From: Verrucomicrobiales bacterium
Lineage (GTDB): Bacteria; Verrucomicrobiota; Verrucomicrobiia; Verrucomicrobiales; V1-33
Length of the DNA: 64,000 bases
NCBI GenBank assembly: GCA_050998515.1
Contig: JBPCQC010000012.1
Location: 1,376-65,375, forward strand
Direction of reading: 5' to 3'
Part shown: in pieces, positions 28,401 to 37,746 of the stretch
Numbering within the stretch: the first letter of the stretch is position 1
Layout: the number at the start of each line of letters is the position of its first letter
Position numbers and translations under genes: made by a program
The notes under the pieces: generated by a model
Databases searched by the model: none
The model's input: only the letters and a program-made list of their open reading frames with translations
What the model was told of the DNA's origin: nothing

Positions 28401-28477
28401 GCGCCAGAACGACCCCCACAGCTCCAAGTGATCCCCGGCCGGTCGCGCCGTCCGCGGACGCCGTGATGTTAGGCTGA
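25430..28477 (+). CDS. acnA: aconitate hydratase A
   Basis: [56 protein letters not shown], and a C-terminal swivel domain with [16 protein letters not shown]. 1015 aa. Confidence 0.95.
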   Translation: MIDAVRTFTTGSGEEGKLYSLPALKEAGWAPRLERLPTSIRIVLESVLRNCDGKRVTDQDVRNLANYNAASPGNYEIPFVVARIVLQDFTGVPLLVDLAAMRSAVARLGADPTIIEPLVTVDLVVDHSVQVDFAGSEQALARNLELEFQRNRERYQFLKWGEQAFDTFNVVPPGIGIVHQVNLEYLAKGVLSRPFRSNGESTDVPELAANRLPEHLDGSVPKNRPIIEGDPRLYYPDTLVGTDSHTTMINGLGVVGWGVGGIEAEAGMLGQPVTFLVPEVVGVLLTGSLQTGITATDLVLRVTELLRRTKVVGKFVEFFGPGAQALGVPDRATLANMAPEYGATVGFFGVDEATMTYLRGTGRSPELCGTVENYFKAQGLWGIPGPGEIDYTHVVELDLTSVKPSVAGPKRPQDRIDLDGLKERFEALLEAPIDMGGFGKSGAALAENPRARLSKPRGVTIGSILSTDAGDLVGQERNKAEMTTNRPAPDLVPVAEAFGPIDSTVGHGSVVIAAITSCTNTSNPSVMLAAGLLAKKAVERGLRVPSSVKTSLAPGSRVVTDYLNKSGLQPYLDQLGFQTVGYGCTTCIGNSGPLHPAIEDAIKNSDLVCASVLSGNRNFEARVHQSVKANFLMSPPLVVAFAIAGTVDVDLANEPLGIDREGQPVFLRELWPSPVEIASAMRTALAPEVFQRLYTDFAEQNPMWNEIPSFPGLVYQWDEESTYIQEPPFFEGFSLTPPAILPIKGARPLGIFGDSVTTDHISPAGSIRKDTPAGRYLLEHGVEFANFNSYGSRRGNDCVMTRGTFANVRIKNLMVPETEGGVTRYFRNARVSEVMPIFDAASLYKERGIPLIVIAGEDYGMGSSRDWAAKGTTLLGVKAVIAKSFERIHRSNLIGMGVLPCTFRDKDDYDKVKGMANATFDLLGLTKRLKPQQEATLRVRPAVPKPVSREENLSAPEKFDVPVIVRLDTPMEIDYYRAGGILPYVLAQIIRARTTPTAPSDPRPVAPSADAVMLG

Positions 28478-28530
28478 GAGCCCATTTTGAACCCCCTTGC
28501 CGGGAGCTCGCTGCCGAATCGGCCTCAGAT

Positions 28531-30084
28531 CTACGCGAGCAATTCGGAAATAACTTCTCCGTGAACGTCGGTCAGGCGACGATCGATGCCATCGTGACGG
28601 AAGGTCAGTTGGGTGTGATCGATGCCTAACAGATGCAGAATCGTCGCGTGGATGTCGTAAACCTGGGTGGGCTGTTCTCGATTCTGCGGTTTGTAACCCC
28701 ATTGGTCGCTGGGTCCATGGGAGATCCCGGCTTTGATACCACCACCGCACAGCCAGTTGGTGAAACAAAAGGGATTATGGTCGCGCCCTTTGCCGCCCTG
28801 GCTGCTCGGCATGCGTCCAAATTCGGTTGTCCAGAGCACAATGGTGTCATCGAGCAATCCGCGTTGTTTCAGATCCTTGATGAGCGCGGAAGCACCCCTG
28901 GCCATGCCGCGCGCCAACGGTCCGTGATCCCGTTCGACATCCTCGTGTGAGTCCCAGTTGCGGCGGGGAAAGGCGTTGTCATTTCCGCTCCAGACCTGGA
29001 CAAAACGCACTCCGCGTTCGATCAGCCGCCGCGCGGCGAGACATTTTCGGCCAAAGTAATCCATCTCCTCGGCAACGTTAATTTCCTTGGGCCATTCCTT
29101 GCGTGAGGTGTCGATGCCATACATGGCAAGAGTCGCGGGCGATTCCCGCGAAAGGTCGAGCGCTTCCGGGGCCGCCAGTTGCATACGGGCGGCGAGTTCG
29201 TAGCTGCGAATGCGGGCTTCCAGGCGCTCGTCGATTTTTCGGCTCGCTGCGTGGACGCGATTGAGTTGCCCGAGCACGGCAGCGCCCTCTCGTTCGCCTG
29301 CGGGAGTAATAAAGTCACCTTGCTTTGCCGGAAAAAGGTCCGCGATCGGTGTTGCCGTGCCTGGATAAATCACCGTGCCCTGGTGTTGTCCGGGCAGGAA
29401 GGCACTGTCCCAATTCTTGGTCCCGTTCGAAGCCAGCCCACGATGATCCGGCAGCACCACAAAAGTGGGAAGGTTGTCGCTCAGACTGCCCAGTCCGTAA
29501 CTCACCCAACTGCCGGCAGCAGGAAATCCGGGCCGATTGAATCCAGTCGTCTGCAAAAGTGTGCCTTGACTGTGAACCCCCGTTTTTCCCACCACATTGT
29601 GAACGAAAGCCAACTCATCGATGACGGCGCCAAGTTCAGCCACGACTTCACTGATCTGTTTCCCGCATCGGCCGTGGGATTTGAACTCCCAAATCGGCCG
29701 GAGCCATGGCCCAAGGCCGTCCTGAAACGCCTCGACGTGCTCGCCGAAACTGCTGGGCTGGCCGTGCCGCTTTATCAGCTCGGGTTTGTAGTCAAACAAA
29801 TCGATATGACTCGCCGCCCCAGCCATGAAAAGCTGAATGACGCGCGTTGCCCGCGGAGGTCGATGCATGACGCCCAACGTGCCGCGATTCAATACGGAGG
29901 CGGGCCCCCGCTCACTCCCTAACAAGTACGACAAAGCCATTCCACCCAGCCCCCCACCGCCGCCCGCCAGGAGTTCACGCCGCGTCAATCGACTCGACCA
30001 TCCTGCCCTCACTGTCGGGAGGGCGGTTGGGTTTTCGAGCCTTGCTGCGGTGCTCATCATTTTAGTCGACGAAGATGAACTCAT
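28531..30084 (-). CDS. DUF1501 domain protein (sulfatase-like fold, Tat-type leader)
   Basis: SRLTRRELLAGGGGGLGGMAL leader, FVQVWSGNDNAFPRRNWDSHEDV, WTTEFGRMP, GRDHNP. The ATG at 30084 overlaps the upstream gene by 23 nt. An alternative ATG at 30060 sits 1 nt after that gene's stop codon. Confidence 0.85.
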   Translation of the reverse strand: MSSSSSTKMMSTAARLENPTALPTVRAGWSSRLTRRELLAGGGGGLGGMALSYLLGSERGPASVLNRGTLGVMHRPPRATRVIQLFMAGAASHIDLFDYKPELIKRHGQPSSFGEHVEAFQDGLGPWLRPIWEFKSHGRCGKQISEVVAELGAVIDELAFVHNVVGKTGVHSQGTLLQTTGFNRPGFPAAGSWVSYGLGSLSDNLPTFVVLPDHRGLASNGTKNWDSAFLPGQHQGTVIYPGTATPIADLFPAKQGDFITPAGEREGAAVLGQLNRVHAASRKIDERLEARIRSYELAARMQLAAPEALDLSRESPATLAMYGIDTSRKEWPKEINVAEEMDYFGRKCLAARRLIERGVRFVQVWSGNDNAFPRRNWDSHEDVERDHGPLARGMARGASALIKDLKQRGLLDDTIVLWTTEFGRMPSSQGGKGRDHNPFCFTNWLCGGGIKAGISHGPSDQWGYKPQNREQPTQVYDIHATILHLLGIDHTQLTFRHDGIDRRLTDVHGEVISELLA

Positions 30085-32542
30085 TGAGGTTCAATATAAT
30101 CCGGCATGCATTGGTCATCCCATGCCGAGTTGCGTAAGCCACCAGCGCGTCGAGTTCATCGGGGTTTGCATCCCGCAACAGCGCCAACTGAACGGCGCGG
30201 GCCATCTGCTTGCTGATGTCACCGCCGGACTGGGCCAGTCTCGCCGCAAAATGCTTCGACATCACGAGGATGAGCTGATTATTCAGCTGCGCCAGCGCCT
30301 GCAGCGGTGAGATCGTCTCATTGCGTTTGTCCACCAGCATTGAAGGATCGGCGCAGTCCATGGTGGCCATCCATGGCTGCTGTTGCGAGCGCACAATGAA
30401 CCGATAGATCGAGCGGCGCATGAGAGCGGGGTTGGCGAAGTCGGCGCGCTCATAGTCGTAATGCGGCGAGTGTTCCGCCTTTTCCACGACAAAGTCCTGA
30501 AAACTCGGGCCGCCCATTAACGGATTGAGTGTGCCGGCCACGGCGAGCACGCTGTCGCGGAGGGCTTCCGCTTCCAGCTTCCGTCGATTCTGTCGCCAGA
30601 GAAGACGGTTCTCCGCATCGCTCGATTGCGGATTTGCTGCAAGGTGGCTGCTGCTCTGACAATAGGTGTGGCTGGTCACGATCAGCCGGTGAAGTTTTTT
30701 CAACGACCCTTCTGCTTCATCGCGAAACCAGCACGCGAGCCAGTCGAGCAATTCGGGATGAGTTGGCAATCCTCCCATTCTTCCGAAGTCGTTGGGTGTA
30801 TCGACGATGCCGCGTCCGAAATGATACTGCCACACCCGGTTTACGATGCTGCGCCAGGTTAGGGGATGCCGAGGGTCAATGATCCACCGAGCAAGCGCGA
30901 CGCGCCGTTCGCCTTCCGGCGCGTTGAATGGCAGATCGAATAGACCGTTGTCGCCGGGCCATAGTGGGATCGTGCCAGGTCCGGCTTCTTCGAGGGGGTG
31001 CCGGACATCGCCTCGCTGTAAGACAAAAATCTTTCGGGGACGCCCCCCTTCTGGTCCCCGACCGCGGAAGGTGCCGCTCCCATGATGGACGCAACCGGAA
31101 TAGATGACTCGCGGCTGCGGCAACCCCGTAAGCTCGGCATTGACCGCATCCAGTGCCGCGGAGCTGCCATGCGGATACAATCCATCAATCAGATTCTTCT
31201 TCCCCCATCGCGGCGGAGCCTCGATCGAATCGATCGCGCTGACGGTGGCCCCGGCGGCGACATTTTTGCCGCTTTGCGCCATCACCTGCATCTCGGCGAG
31301 AGCAAAAATGTAATCGCCGGTCCGGTGCGCGAGCTTTGTCGCCGTCATGCGCAGGTGGCGTGCCGGCCGCGGCGCCATGCGGATTTCAAACGGCTTGATG
31401 CCGGGATTCGCCACGTCAGCGCTCGTGAAATCACCGGCCACCTGGATGGCGGCAGTGAAGCTCGGATCGTTGGAAACCTCGACTTTAAAACGGCCAGGAA
31501 ATCCAAAGCCATCGCCGATGCCGCCAAAGTCGTCGTGGCAGGGCTGCAGCACGACCTTCTCAATGACCTCGGAACGGCCAAGGTCGAGCTGCACCCATTT
31601 TGGAACATCCTGCTTTTCCGAGATCGCACTATGCCAGCCAAACTCAGGCCGCTTGCTGTTCTCCGCGACGATGGCGGCGCGCTTGGTTTCGAGGGAGGCG
31701 CGGCGAGCGGCCACCGCCGGGTCAAGATCATACGTCCGGTCCGCACGGTCCAATGCAGCGAAGACGGCTTGCAGCCGGTAATAATCCCGCTGCGTGATGG
31801 GATCGAACTTATGGTTGTGACACTGCGCGCAATGGATCGTGAGCGAGCAGAATGTGTTGATCGTGTTGCTCACCATGTCGTCCCGATCCAAATGGCGGGC
31901 GATTTTTCCATCGACCTTCGTCTCCGGCACCTCGACGTGCCCGATGAAATCCCAAGGTCCAGCGGCGATAAAGCCAGTCGCTACAGCACCATCTTCAGTG
32001 CCGGGGAATAGCACATCGCCCGCGATTTGTTCCTGCACAAACCGAGCGAACGGCTTGTCCTGGTTAAAGGCTCGGATGACATAGTCCCGATATGGCCACG
32101 CGTTGGGCCGCGGTTTGTCCTTGTCGTAGCCATGCGTTTCCCCGAAATGCACAACATCGAGCCAATGCCGCGCCCAACGTTCGCCGTAATGGGGCGAAGC
32201 CAGTAACCGATCGACCAACTGCTCGAAGCTCGCACTTCGGTGGATCGAGGCGGATTGGACAAAGTCGTCCGCTTCCTGCGGAGTTGGGGGAAGGCCGATG
32301 AGATCAAAGTAGAGCCGGCGGATCAGGATTCGAGGTTCAGCCAGCGGCGCCGGCTTGAGCCCGGAGGCTGCGAGTTTCGCCTGAATGAATGTGTCGATTG
32401 CGTTCTCGGCTCGAGGGAGATCGTCAAGTGGCGTCGGGATGGCTGGTCGGGACAGCGGCAGCAACGACCACCAGTCGCTCGCGCCTTGTGTGGCCGAAAC
32501 GAAAATCCACAGCCCACATAACCACGCTTTAGAATGCCGCAT
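30062..32542 (-). CDS. DUF1549 / discoidin (F5/8 type C)-like / DUF1553 domain protein
   Basis: Signal peptide, then IDTFIQAKLAASGLKPAPLAEPRILIRRLYFDLIGLPPTPQE and CAQCHNHKFDPITQRDYY (DUF1549-like). Central WVQLDLGRSEVIEKVVLQP..ALAEMQV (discoidin-like), then a DUF1553-like C-terminus. Confidence 0.85.
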   Translation of the reverse strand: MRHSKAWLCGLWIFVSATQGASDWWSLLPLSRPAIPTPLDDLPRAENAIDTFIQAKLAASGLKPAPLAEPRILIRRLYFDLIGLPPTPQEADDFVQSASIHRSASFEQLVDRLLASPHYGERWARHWLDVVHFGETHGYDKDKPRPNAWPYRDYVIRAFNQDKPFARFVQEQIAGDVLFPGTEDGAVATGFIAAGPWDFIGHVEVPETKVDGKIARHLDRDDMVSNTINTFCSLTIHCAQCHNHKFDPITQRDYYRLQAVFAALDRADRTYDLDPAVAARRASLETKRAAIVAENSKRPEFGWHSAISEKQDVPKWVQLDLGRSEVIEKVVLQPCHDDFGGIGDGFGFPGRFKVEVSNDPSFTAAIQVAGDFTSADVANPGIKPFEIRMAPRPARHLRMTATKLAHRTGDYIFALAEMQVMAQSGKNVAAGATVSAIDSIEAPPRWGKKNLIDGLYPHGSSAALDAVNAELTGLPQPRVIYSGCVHHGSGTFRGRGPEGGRPRKIFVLQRGDVRHPLEEAGPGTIPLWPGDNGLFDLPFNAPEGERRVALARWIIDPRHPLTWRSIVNRVWQYHFGRGIVDTPNDFGRMGGLPTHPELLDWLACWFRDEAEGSLKKLHRLIVTSHTYCQSSSHLAANPQSSDAENRLLWRQNRRKLEAEALRDSVLAVAGTLNPLMGGPSFQDFVVEKAEHSPHYDYERADFANPALMRRSIYRFIVRSQQQPWMATMDCADPSMLVDKRNETISPLQALAQLNNQLILVMSKHFAARLAQSGGDISKQMARAVQLALLRDANPDELDALVAYATRHGMTNACRIILNLNEFIFVD

Positions 32543-32719
32543 ACTCGCTAAGTATTCGCCGGGAAAAGCGGTTCGTCACGCGGTTGCTGGCCAGGCGCGA
32601 TGACGTGGGCCGCCGGCCGATAGAACTCAGATGCGGCCCCCCGTTCGTCAGCTGCGGGCCGCCGCTGGGACCCATCGGCGATCCCAGCCTGTCGGACTTA
32701 CGCATTGGTCGAATTTAAA

Positions 32720-32845
32720 GTGACGCAGGCGTCCCGCCGGGCGTCCCGCCTGCGCGTACCTCGGGCATCTTGCCTGAGAGCAATGCCGCCCGACGGCGGC
32801 CGGCCAGGATGGCCGGCATACGCACAGGCAAGATGCCTGCGTCAC
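32720..32845. repeat. nested inverted-repeat (REP-like) element upstream of the esterase/sialidase-like gene
   Basis: GTGACGCAGG (32720..32729) and GGGCATCTTGCCTG (32763..32776) both pair with the contiguous right arm CAGGCAAGATGCCTGCGTCAC (32825..32845). Central hairpin GCCGGCCA-GGA-TGGCCGGC (32799..32817). Confidence 0.5.
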
Positions 32846-32923
32846 CGGCGTCAAAGTCCGGCAGGCTGGAGCCGCCGATGCCACCAGGATGCAAATTACC
32901 ATTTGGTAGTTCGGCAGCGTTCG

Positions 32924-35911
32924 ATGCAGAGTCGGCGTATGAACCCCCCGAAGGCGCTCCTCTTCTTCGCGCCGCTATTCTTTGCAGCGACGGCTTGCGG
33001 CGCTGACTGGTCGCTGCCATCGCAAGCTGCGCCGGACAAAATGCTGCGCGAATACTTTGACCGCCGGGTTTCGGAAATCGAATCGAAATCCGCCGTCACT
33101 GTTAAAGCGCCCGAGGAATGGCCGCCGTTTCGGGAGCGGTTGCGGCGCGAGTTCAAGGAGATGCTTGGGCTGGAGCCCGAGCCGCCGCGCACCGACCTGC
33201 GGCCGGTCATTACCGGCACCGCTGAAGGCGAGGGCTTCATCGTCGAAAAGCTCCACTTCCAGCCGATACCGCAGCTCTACCTGGCAGCAAATTTTTACCG
33301 GCCAAAGGAGGTGAAAGAGAAGCTGCCGGCGATTCTATACCTTTGCGGTCACGGGAAGGTCGAAAAGGATGGTGTTTCGTTAGGCAACAAAACCCATTAC
33401 CACCATCACGGCGTCTGGTTTGCCCGCCACGGTTACGTCTGCCTGATTCTCGACACTGTTCAGTGGGGCGAAATTCTGGGCGAACACCACGGGACGCACC
33501 GGCTCGGGCGCTGGTGGTGGCCGTCTCGCGGTTATACGCCGGCCGGCGTTGAAGCCTGGAACGCCGTTCGCGCATTGGACTATCTCGCGACGCGATCGGA
33601 GGTCGATGCCGACCGCTTTGGTGTTACAGGACGCAGCGGCGGAGGGGCTTACACCTGGTGGGTGACGGCTCTCGACGACCGCGTGAAAGTCGCCGCGCCA
33701 ACAGCCGGCATCACGACATTGCGCAATCACGTCATCGACGGCTGCGTCGAAGGGCATTGCGACTGCATGTTTATGCAAAACACGTATCGCTGGGACTACG
33801 ACCGCGTGGCGGCCCTGGCGGCGCCGCGTCCGCTGCTCATTTGCAACACCGACAAAGACAGCATTTTTCCGCTCGATGGCGTCTATTCGATTTACGACAA
33901 AACACGACGGCTCTACCGAGCCCTGGGAGCGGAAAGGAACATTGGACTGCACATTGCCGAGGGACCACACAAGGACACGCAGGCACTGAACGTGGGAGCG
34001 TTCGCGTGGTTCGAGCGTCATCTCAAAAGCGCGGATCTCATGGCGACTCTCGACGAGGCCGCGAAGCCCTCGCTGACTCCGGGGCAATTGCGGGTCTTCA
34101 AGGAGATTCCAAAAGACCAACTCACAACGCGCATTGATGAGACTTTCGTCCCCAAAGCGCCGGCGCCCGCGGTGCCGAATGATGCGGCAGAGTGGCAAAC
34201 GTTGCGCGACCAATGGTTGGCCGCATTGCAGGAAAAAGTATTTCGAGGCCGGTCCGAAAGAAAGGGCGCGGATCCGGCAGTGCAGCAGATCGAACGCATC
34301 CCTGGCGCAGGCGGGCACCGTTTTGCCCACGAACTCCTCATTGAGGACGGCACCAAGCTTTACGTCAGATCCGCCGTTCGCTGGACGGGCGCCGATCACA
34401 GTATTCGCAAGGTGCGGCTTGTTGTCAGGTCATCATCACATGACGGAGTGGATCTCTCCGAGGACATCGAACCCCTACCGGACAGCAACGAGGCAATTAT
34501 ATGGTTCTCGCCACGCGGGGAAGGCTTGAATCGGTGGTCCGGTGACGAACGAAAACAAAATCAGATCAAGCGACGATTTCTTCTCATCGGTGAAACGCTC
34601 GAGGGACAACAGGTTTGGGATATCCGGCAGGCGCTTCAGGCGGTGCGCACACTTCCGGGCCTCAAAGGCGTCCCCATCACTCTGGAAGCTACAGGAGAAA
34701 TGGCCGCGCTCGCGTTATATGCCGCGGTTTTTGAACCGGGTATCGCGCGCCTCGAGTTGCGGAACATGCCCGAGTCGCACGAAGAGGGTCCTTGTCTCCT
34801 TAACGTGCTTACATCCTTGGATTTGCCGCAGGCGCTGGCGATGGCTGCCGAACGCACGTCGATCACGCTAAGAAACCCGCGTGCGGAGCCGTGGGCTTTT
34901 GCCATGCAGACGGCTCAAAAACTAGGCTGGAAGACGACACTCACAGTAGAACCGCGGGCGGCATTGATTGATGTGAAGAAGATCTGGGATGGGGCGCTGC
35001 ATAACGCATTCACCGATTTAATTCGGCGCCAGGACGATTGGCTCTGCGTTTTTCGCGAAGGCAGTGGCCACGTTCCCGGCACCGATGGAACGATTCGCAT
35101 TCTTCGCAGTACGGATGGCGAGTTGTGGCAAAGCGCAGCTTCGATCGCGGAACCAGGCGTCGACTTGCGCGATCCGAAAATCTCGCAGATGCCGGATGGG
35201 CGGTTGATGCTGCTGATGGGCGGATCAATTTACAGCGGTAAAGGCGATCCGAAGGCCCATCGCAGATTCGTTAGTGCCCGCACGCGTGTTTCATTTTCCC
35301 AAGACGGCCGCGGATGGTCGCCACCGCAACCGATCAGTGTCGAGGACGAGTGGTTGTGGCGCGTCACCTGGCACGAGGGCGTCGGTTATGGGATTGGGTA
35401 TTCGATCCGGGCCGCAACTGGTCCGAGTCTGAGCCTCTGGAAAACTAGAAATGGCACGGCTTATGAGCGGGTGACGGCGTTGCAACCACCAGATGCTGGT
35501 GAGCCTAACGAGGCGACCATTCGGTTCGATCCCGAAACTGACGTCGCTTACGCCGTGGTCCGTCGAGAGAAGGGGAATGGTCATGCGCACCTCGGACGAA
35601 GCGCGCCGCCGTTCACGAAATGGACATGGCTCGACACCGGGCGACCGATTCAAGGGCCGAATCTTCTTTGCGCGGGCAGCTACCTTTTTTACTCGGGCCG
35701 TGATTATCCCGAGCCGGAAAAAACGCCCCGCACCGTATTCGGTCAAATTATCAGAGGGAAGGCGCTGCCGCTGATAACGCTGCCGAGCGGCGGAGACACA
35801 AGTTATCCGGGAATGGAGTTCGGCGAGGATGAAACGCTGTGGGTTAGCTACTACTCCTCGCATGAGGGCAAGGCAGCAATCCACCTCGCACGCTTTCGAA
35901 TCTCTAACTGA
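32924..35911 (+). CDS. secreted alpha/beta-hydrolase (acetylxylan-esterase-like) fused to a BNR/sialidase-like beta-propeller
   Basis: Start trimmed to ATG 32924 or 32939 (MNPPKALLFFAPLFFAATACGA). Nucleophile elbow GVTGRSGGGAYTWW. The middle region looks like a degenerate second hydrolase fold. The C-terminal third carries Asp-box-like LRSTDGELWQS and SFSQDGRGWS. Confidence 0.7.
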   Translation: MQSRRMNPPKALLFFAPLFFAATACGADWSLPSQAAPDKMLREYFDRRVSEIESKSAVTVKAPEEWPPFRERLRREFKEMLGLEPEPPRTDLRPVITGTAEGEGFIVEKLHFQPIPQLYLAANFYRPKEVKEKLPAILYLCGHGKVEKDGVSLGNKTHYHHHGVWFARHGYVCLILDTVQWGEILGEHHGTHRLGRWWWPSRGYTPAGVEAWNAVRALDYLATRSEVDADRFGVTGRSGGGAYTWWVTALDDRVKVAAPTAGITTLRNHVIDGCVEGHCDCMFMQNTYRWDYDRVAALAAPRPLLICNTDKDSIFPLDGVYSIYDKTRRLYRALGAERNIGLHIAEGPHKDTQALNVGAFAWFERHLKSADLMATLDEAAKPSLTPGQLRVFKEIPKDQLTTRIDETFVPKAPAPAVPNDAAEWQTLRDQWLAALQEKVFRGRSERKGADPAVQQIERIPGAGGHRFAHELLIEDGTKLYVRSAVRWTGADHSIRKVRLVVRSSSHDGVDLSEDIEPLPDSNEAIIWFSPRGEGLNRWSGDERKQNQIKRRFLLIGETLEGQQVWDIRQALQAVRTLPGLKGVPITLEATGEMAALALYAAVFEPGIARLELRNMPESHEEGPCLLNVLTSLDLPQALAMAAERTSITLRNPRAEPWAFAMQTAQKLGWKTTLTVEPRAALIDVKKIWDGALHNAFTDLIRRQDDWLCVFREGSGHVPGTDGTIRILRSTDGELWQSAASIAEPGVDLRDPKISQMPDGRLMLLMGGSIYSGKGDPKAHRRFVSARTRVSFSQDGRGWSPPQPISVEDEWLWRVTWHEGVGYGIGYSIRAATGPSLSLWKTRNGTAYERVTALQPPDAGEPNEATIRFDPETDVAYAVVRREKGNGHAHLGRSAPPFTKWTWLDTGRPIQGPNLLCAGSYLFYSGRDYPEPEKTPRTVFGQIIRGKALPLITLPSGGDTSYPGMEFGEDETLWVSYYSSHEGKAAIHLARFRISN

Positions 35912-35993
35912 CATCTCCATGGCACGCCTTGTTTTGCCTGCGTGGTCGGTTGCTTCCGGAAAAAGTGACGGTATCCCAGGGACGGTCCTCTCG

Positions 35994-36452
35994 ATGCCGG
36001 AAAAGACGGTCGGGGTCGACGAACCCGAGCTTCGCGCTTTGCTCGGTGCCGCCCGTGCGGCTGCCAATTCCGCCTATGCACCTTTTTCGAAATTTCGCGT
36101 CGGTGCCGCCGTCCTCATGTCCGATGATCCCGCCCGGACAATGATCACAGGCGCAAACGTGGAAAACAGCTCATATGGTCTCACCAATTGCGCCGAGCGC
36201 AGCGCCATCTTCAACGCCGTTTCCAAAGGCTTTCGCCGGTTACGCTATGTGGCGATATCATGCGCCGACGCCCTCAATCTTGGCCTCGAATCTCGGGCGC
36301 CCTGTGGAGCCTGCCGCCAGGTGATCAGCGAATTCTCAAGCGATGACACCCTTGTCCTGATCGATGACGGCCACTCGGAATCTCTGGGCGACATTTTGGA
36401 TGTCGCACGCCTGCTGCCGTTTGGGTTCCGATTCGTGTCACCGCCCGCGTGA
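35994..36452 (+). CDS. cdd: cytidine deaminase
   Basis: SKFRVGAAV, zinc motifs NCAERSAIF and PCGACRQVISEF. 152 aa from ATG 35994; in-frame upstream starts exist at 35919 and 35829. Confidence 0.8.
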   Translation: MPEKTVGVDEPELRALLGAARAAANSAYAPFSKFRVGAAVLMSDDPARTMITGANVENSSYGLTNCAERSAIFNAVSKGFRRLRYVAISCADALNLGLESRAPCGACRQVISEFSSDDTLVLIDDGHSESLGDILDVARLLPFGFRFVSPPA

Positions 36453-36467
36453 CAGATGAGCCTGAGC

Positions 36468-37565
36468 TTACTGCGACACCCGCATGGGCATGATCACGTA
36501 CAAGAACGGTTCGTTGATGCGGATGACGCCGGGATTCAGCTCGTCGATCAGGTCCAGGTGCACCTCGTCAGAATCGAGGTTGCGCAGCGGCGCCATCAGG
36601 TACTCAGGATTGAAGGCAATCAGCATCTCCTTGCCTGAATATTTGACTGGAATGGATTCCTCGGCCTCGCCGACGTCGGCGCTGGCGGCGGATACTTTGA
36701 CGGAGGCATCCCCAAAGCTAAGCTTGACGCTGCTCGCCTTGTCGCTGGCCAGAAGCGAAACTCGCTGAATGCTGCGCAAGAATCCCTCGCGTTCGAACGA
36801 AACGCGCTCTTTCGCAGGTCCCGGAATTACCTGACGGAAATTCGGATACGTCCCGTCGATCAGCTTGCTGTAGAGCACGTTTTTGTTCAGTTCAAACATG
36901 ACCTGGTTCGATCCGACCTTGATGCGCACTTCGCCTTCATCATCGAGCAGACGCTGCAATTCGTTCACAGCCTTGGTGGGCAGAATAAAGTCTGTCTCCT
37001 GGCTGTCCGGAAACTCGATGTCGTATTCCGCCATGGCGAGCCGGCGACCATCGGTGGCAACGAGAGTGAGCTTGGCATCTTTGAAGGAATGAAAAATGCC
37101 GTTGAGCACGTAACGTGTTTCGTCGGTCGAGATGGAGTAGGACGTTTTGCGAAGTCCATCACGGAGTGTCTTTTGCGCGAGCTTGAATTCCGCGGCCTCT
37201 TCGAGGTCGGGGAGCGGGGGAAACTCCTCCTGGCCCAAGCCGAGGATTTTGAAAAAACTGGCTCCACAACGCAAAGAGGAGACGTTGTCCTTGTCGACCG
37301 AGACGGCAATATCTGCATCGGGAAGCTCGCGGATGATGGTGGCCAGTTTGCGCGCGGGCAGCGTGGTGGCGCCTTCCTTCTCGACCTCGGCCTCGATGCG
37401 CCCGACCACCGCGACGTCGAGGTCGGTCGTCCTCAGGATGAGTTGATTGCCGCGCGCCTCGATGAGAACATTTGAGAGGATTGGCAGCGTGGTTCGCGCA
37501 TTGACCACATTAAGGACCTGGGAAAGGCCTGCCTGGAAGTTCTCTTTGGTAATTCGAAATTTCAT
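36468..37565 (-). CDS. dnaN: DNA polymerase III beta subunit (sliding clamp)
   Basis: Start trimmed to ATG 37565: MKFRITKENFQAGLSQVLNVVNARTTLPILSNVLIEA. 365 aa. C-terminus PFLYVIMPMRVSQ. Confidence 0.9.
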   Translation of the reverse strand: MKFRITKENFQAGLSQVLNVVNARTTLPILSNVLIEARGNQLILRTTDLDVAVVGRIEAEVEKEGATTLPARKLATIIRELPDADIAVSVDKDNVSSLRCGASFFKILGLGQEEFPPLPDLEEAAEFKLAQKTLRDGLRKTSYSISTDETRYVLNGIFHSFKDAKLTLVATDGRRLAMAEYDIEFPDSQETDFILPTKAVNELQRLLDDEGEVRIKVGSNQVMFELNKNVLYSKLIDGTYPNFRQVIPGPAKERVSFEREGFLRSIQRVSLLASDKASSVKLSFGDASVKVSAASADVGEAEESIPVKYSGKEMLIAFNPEYLMAPLRNLDSDEVHLDLIDELNPGVIRINEPFLYVIMPMRVSQ

Positions 37566-37746
37566 ACGCGCGGCGGGTGCCTCGAGGGAACCCGATTCTG
37601 AAACTGCTACGCCTATAGGGCCTGCGCCTTCTGGCAACACGAAAAATAATACCCGACACGGCCCTCCGGTCGCCGGAAGATGGCTAAATCGCTCAACCGT
37701 TGAAACGTAACCTCGGTCGTTTCGAGCCAATCTTCCGCTGCACGAT

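Noticed and set aside
31082-32011. 309-aa plus-strand ORF
   Set aside because: Antisense to the DUF1549/DUF1553 gene. R/D/G-rich with no motifs.
32705-32923. 5' extension of ORF 32705..35911, and minus-strand ORF 32648..32902
   Set aside because: Both are translations of the REP-like inverted repeats (R/P/A-rich). The signal peptide begins at 32924 or 32939.
33380-34399. 339-aa minus-strand ORF
   Set aside because: Antisense to the esterase/sialidase-like gene, which carries clear hydrolase and Asp-box motifs.
37566-37746. Possible replication origin next to dnaN
   Set aside because: No dnaA gene is adjacent. I could not see TTATCCACA or TGTGGATAA boxes or an AT-rich unwinding region in the 181-nt upstream gap.
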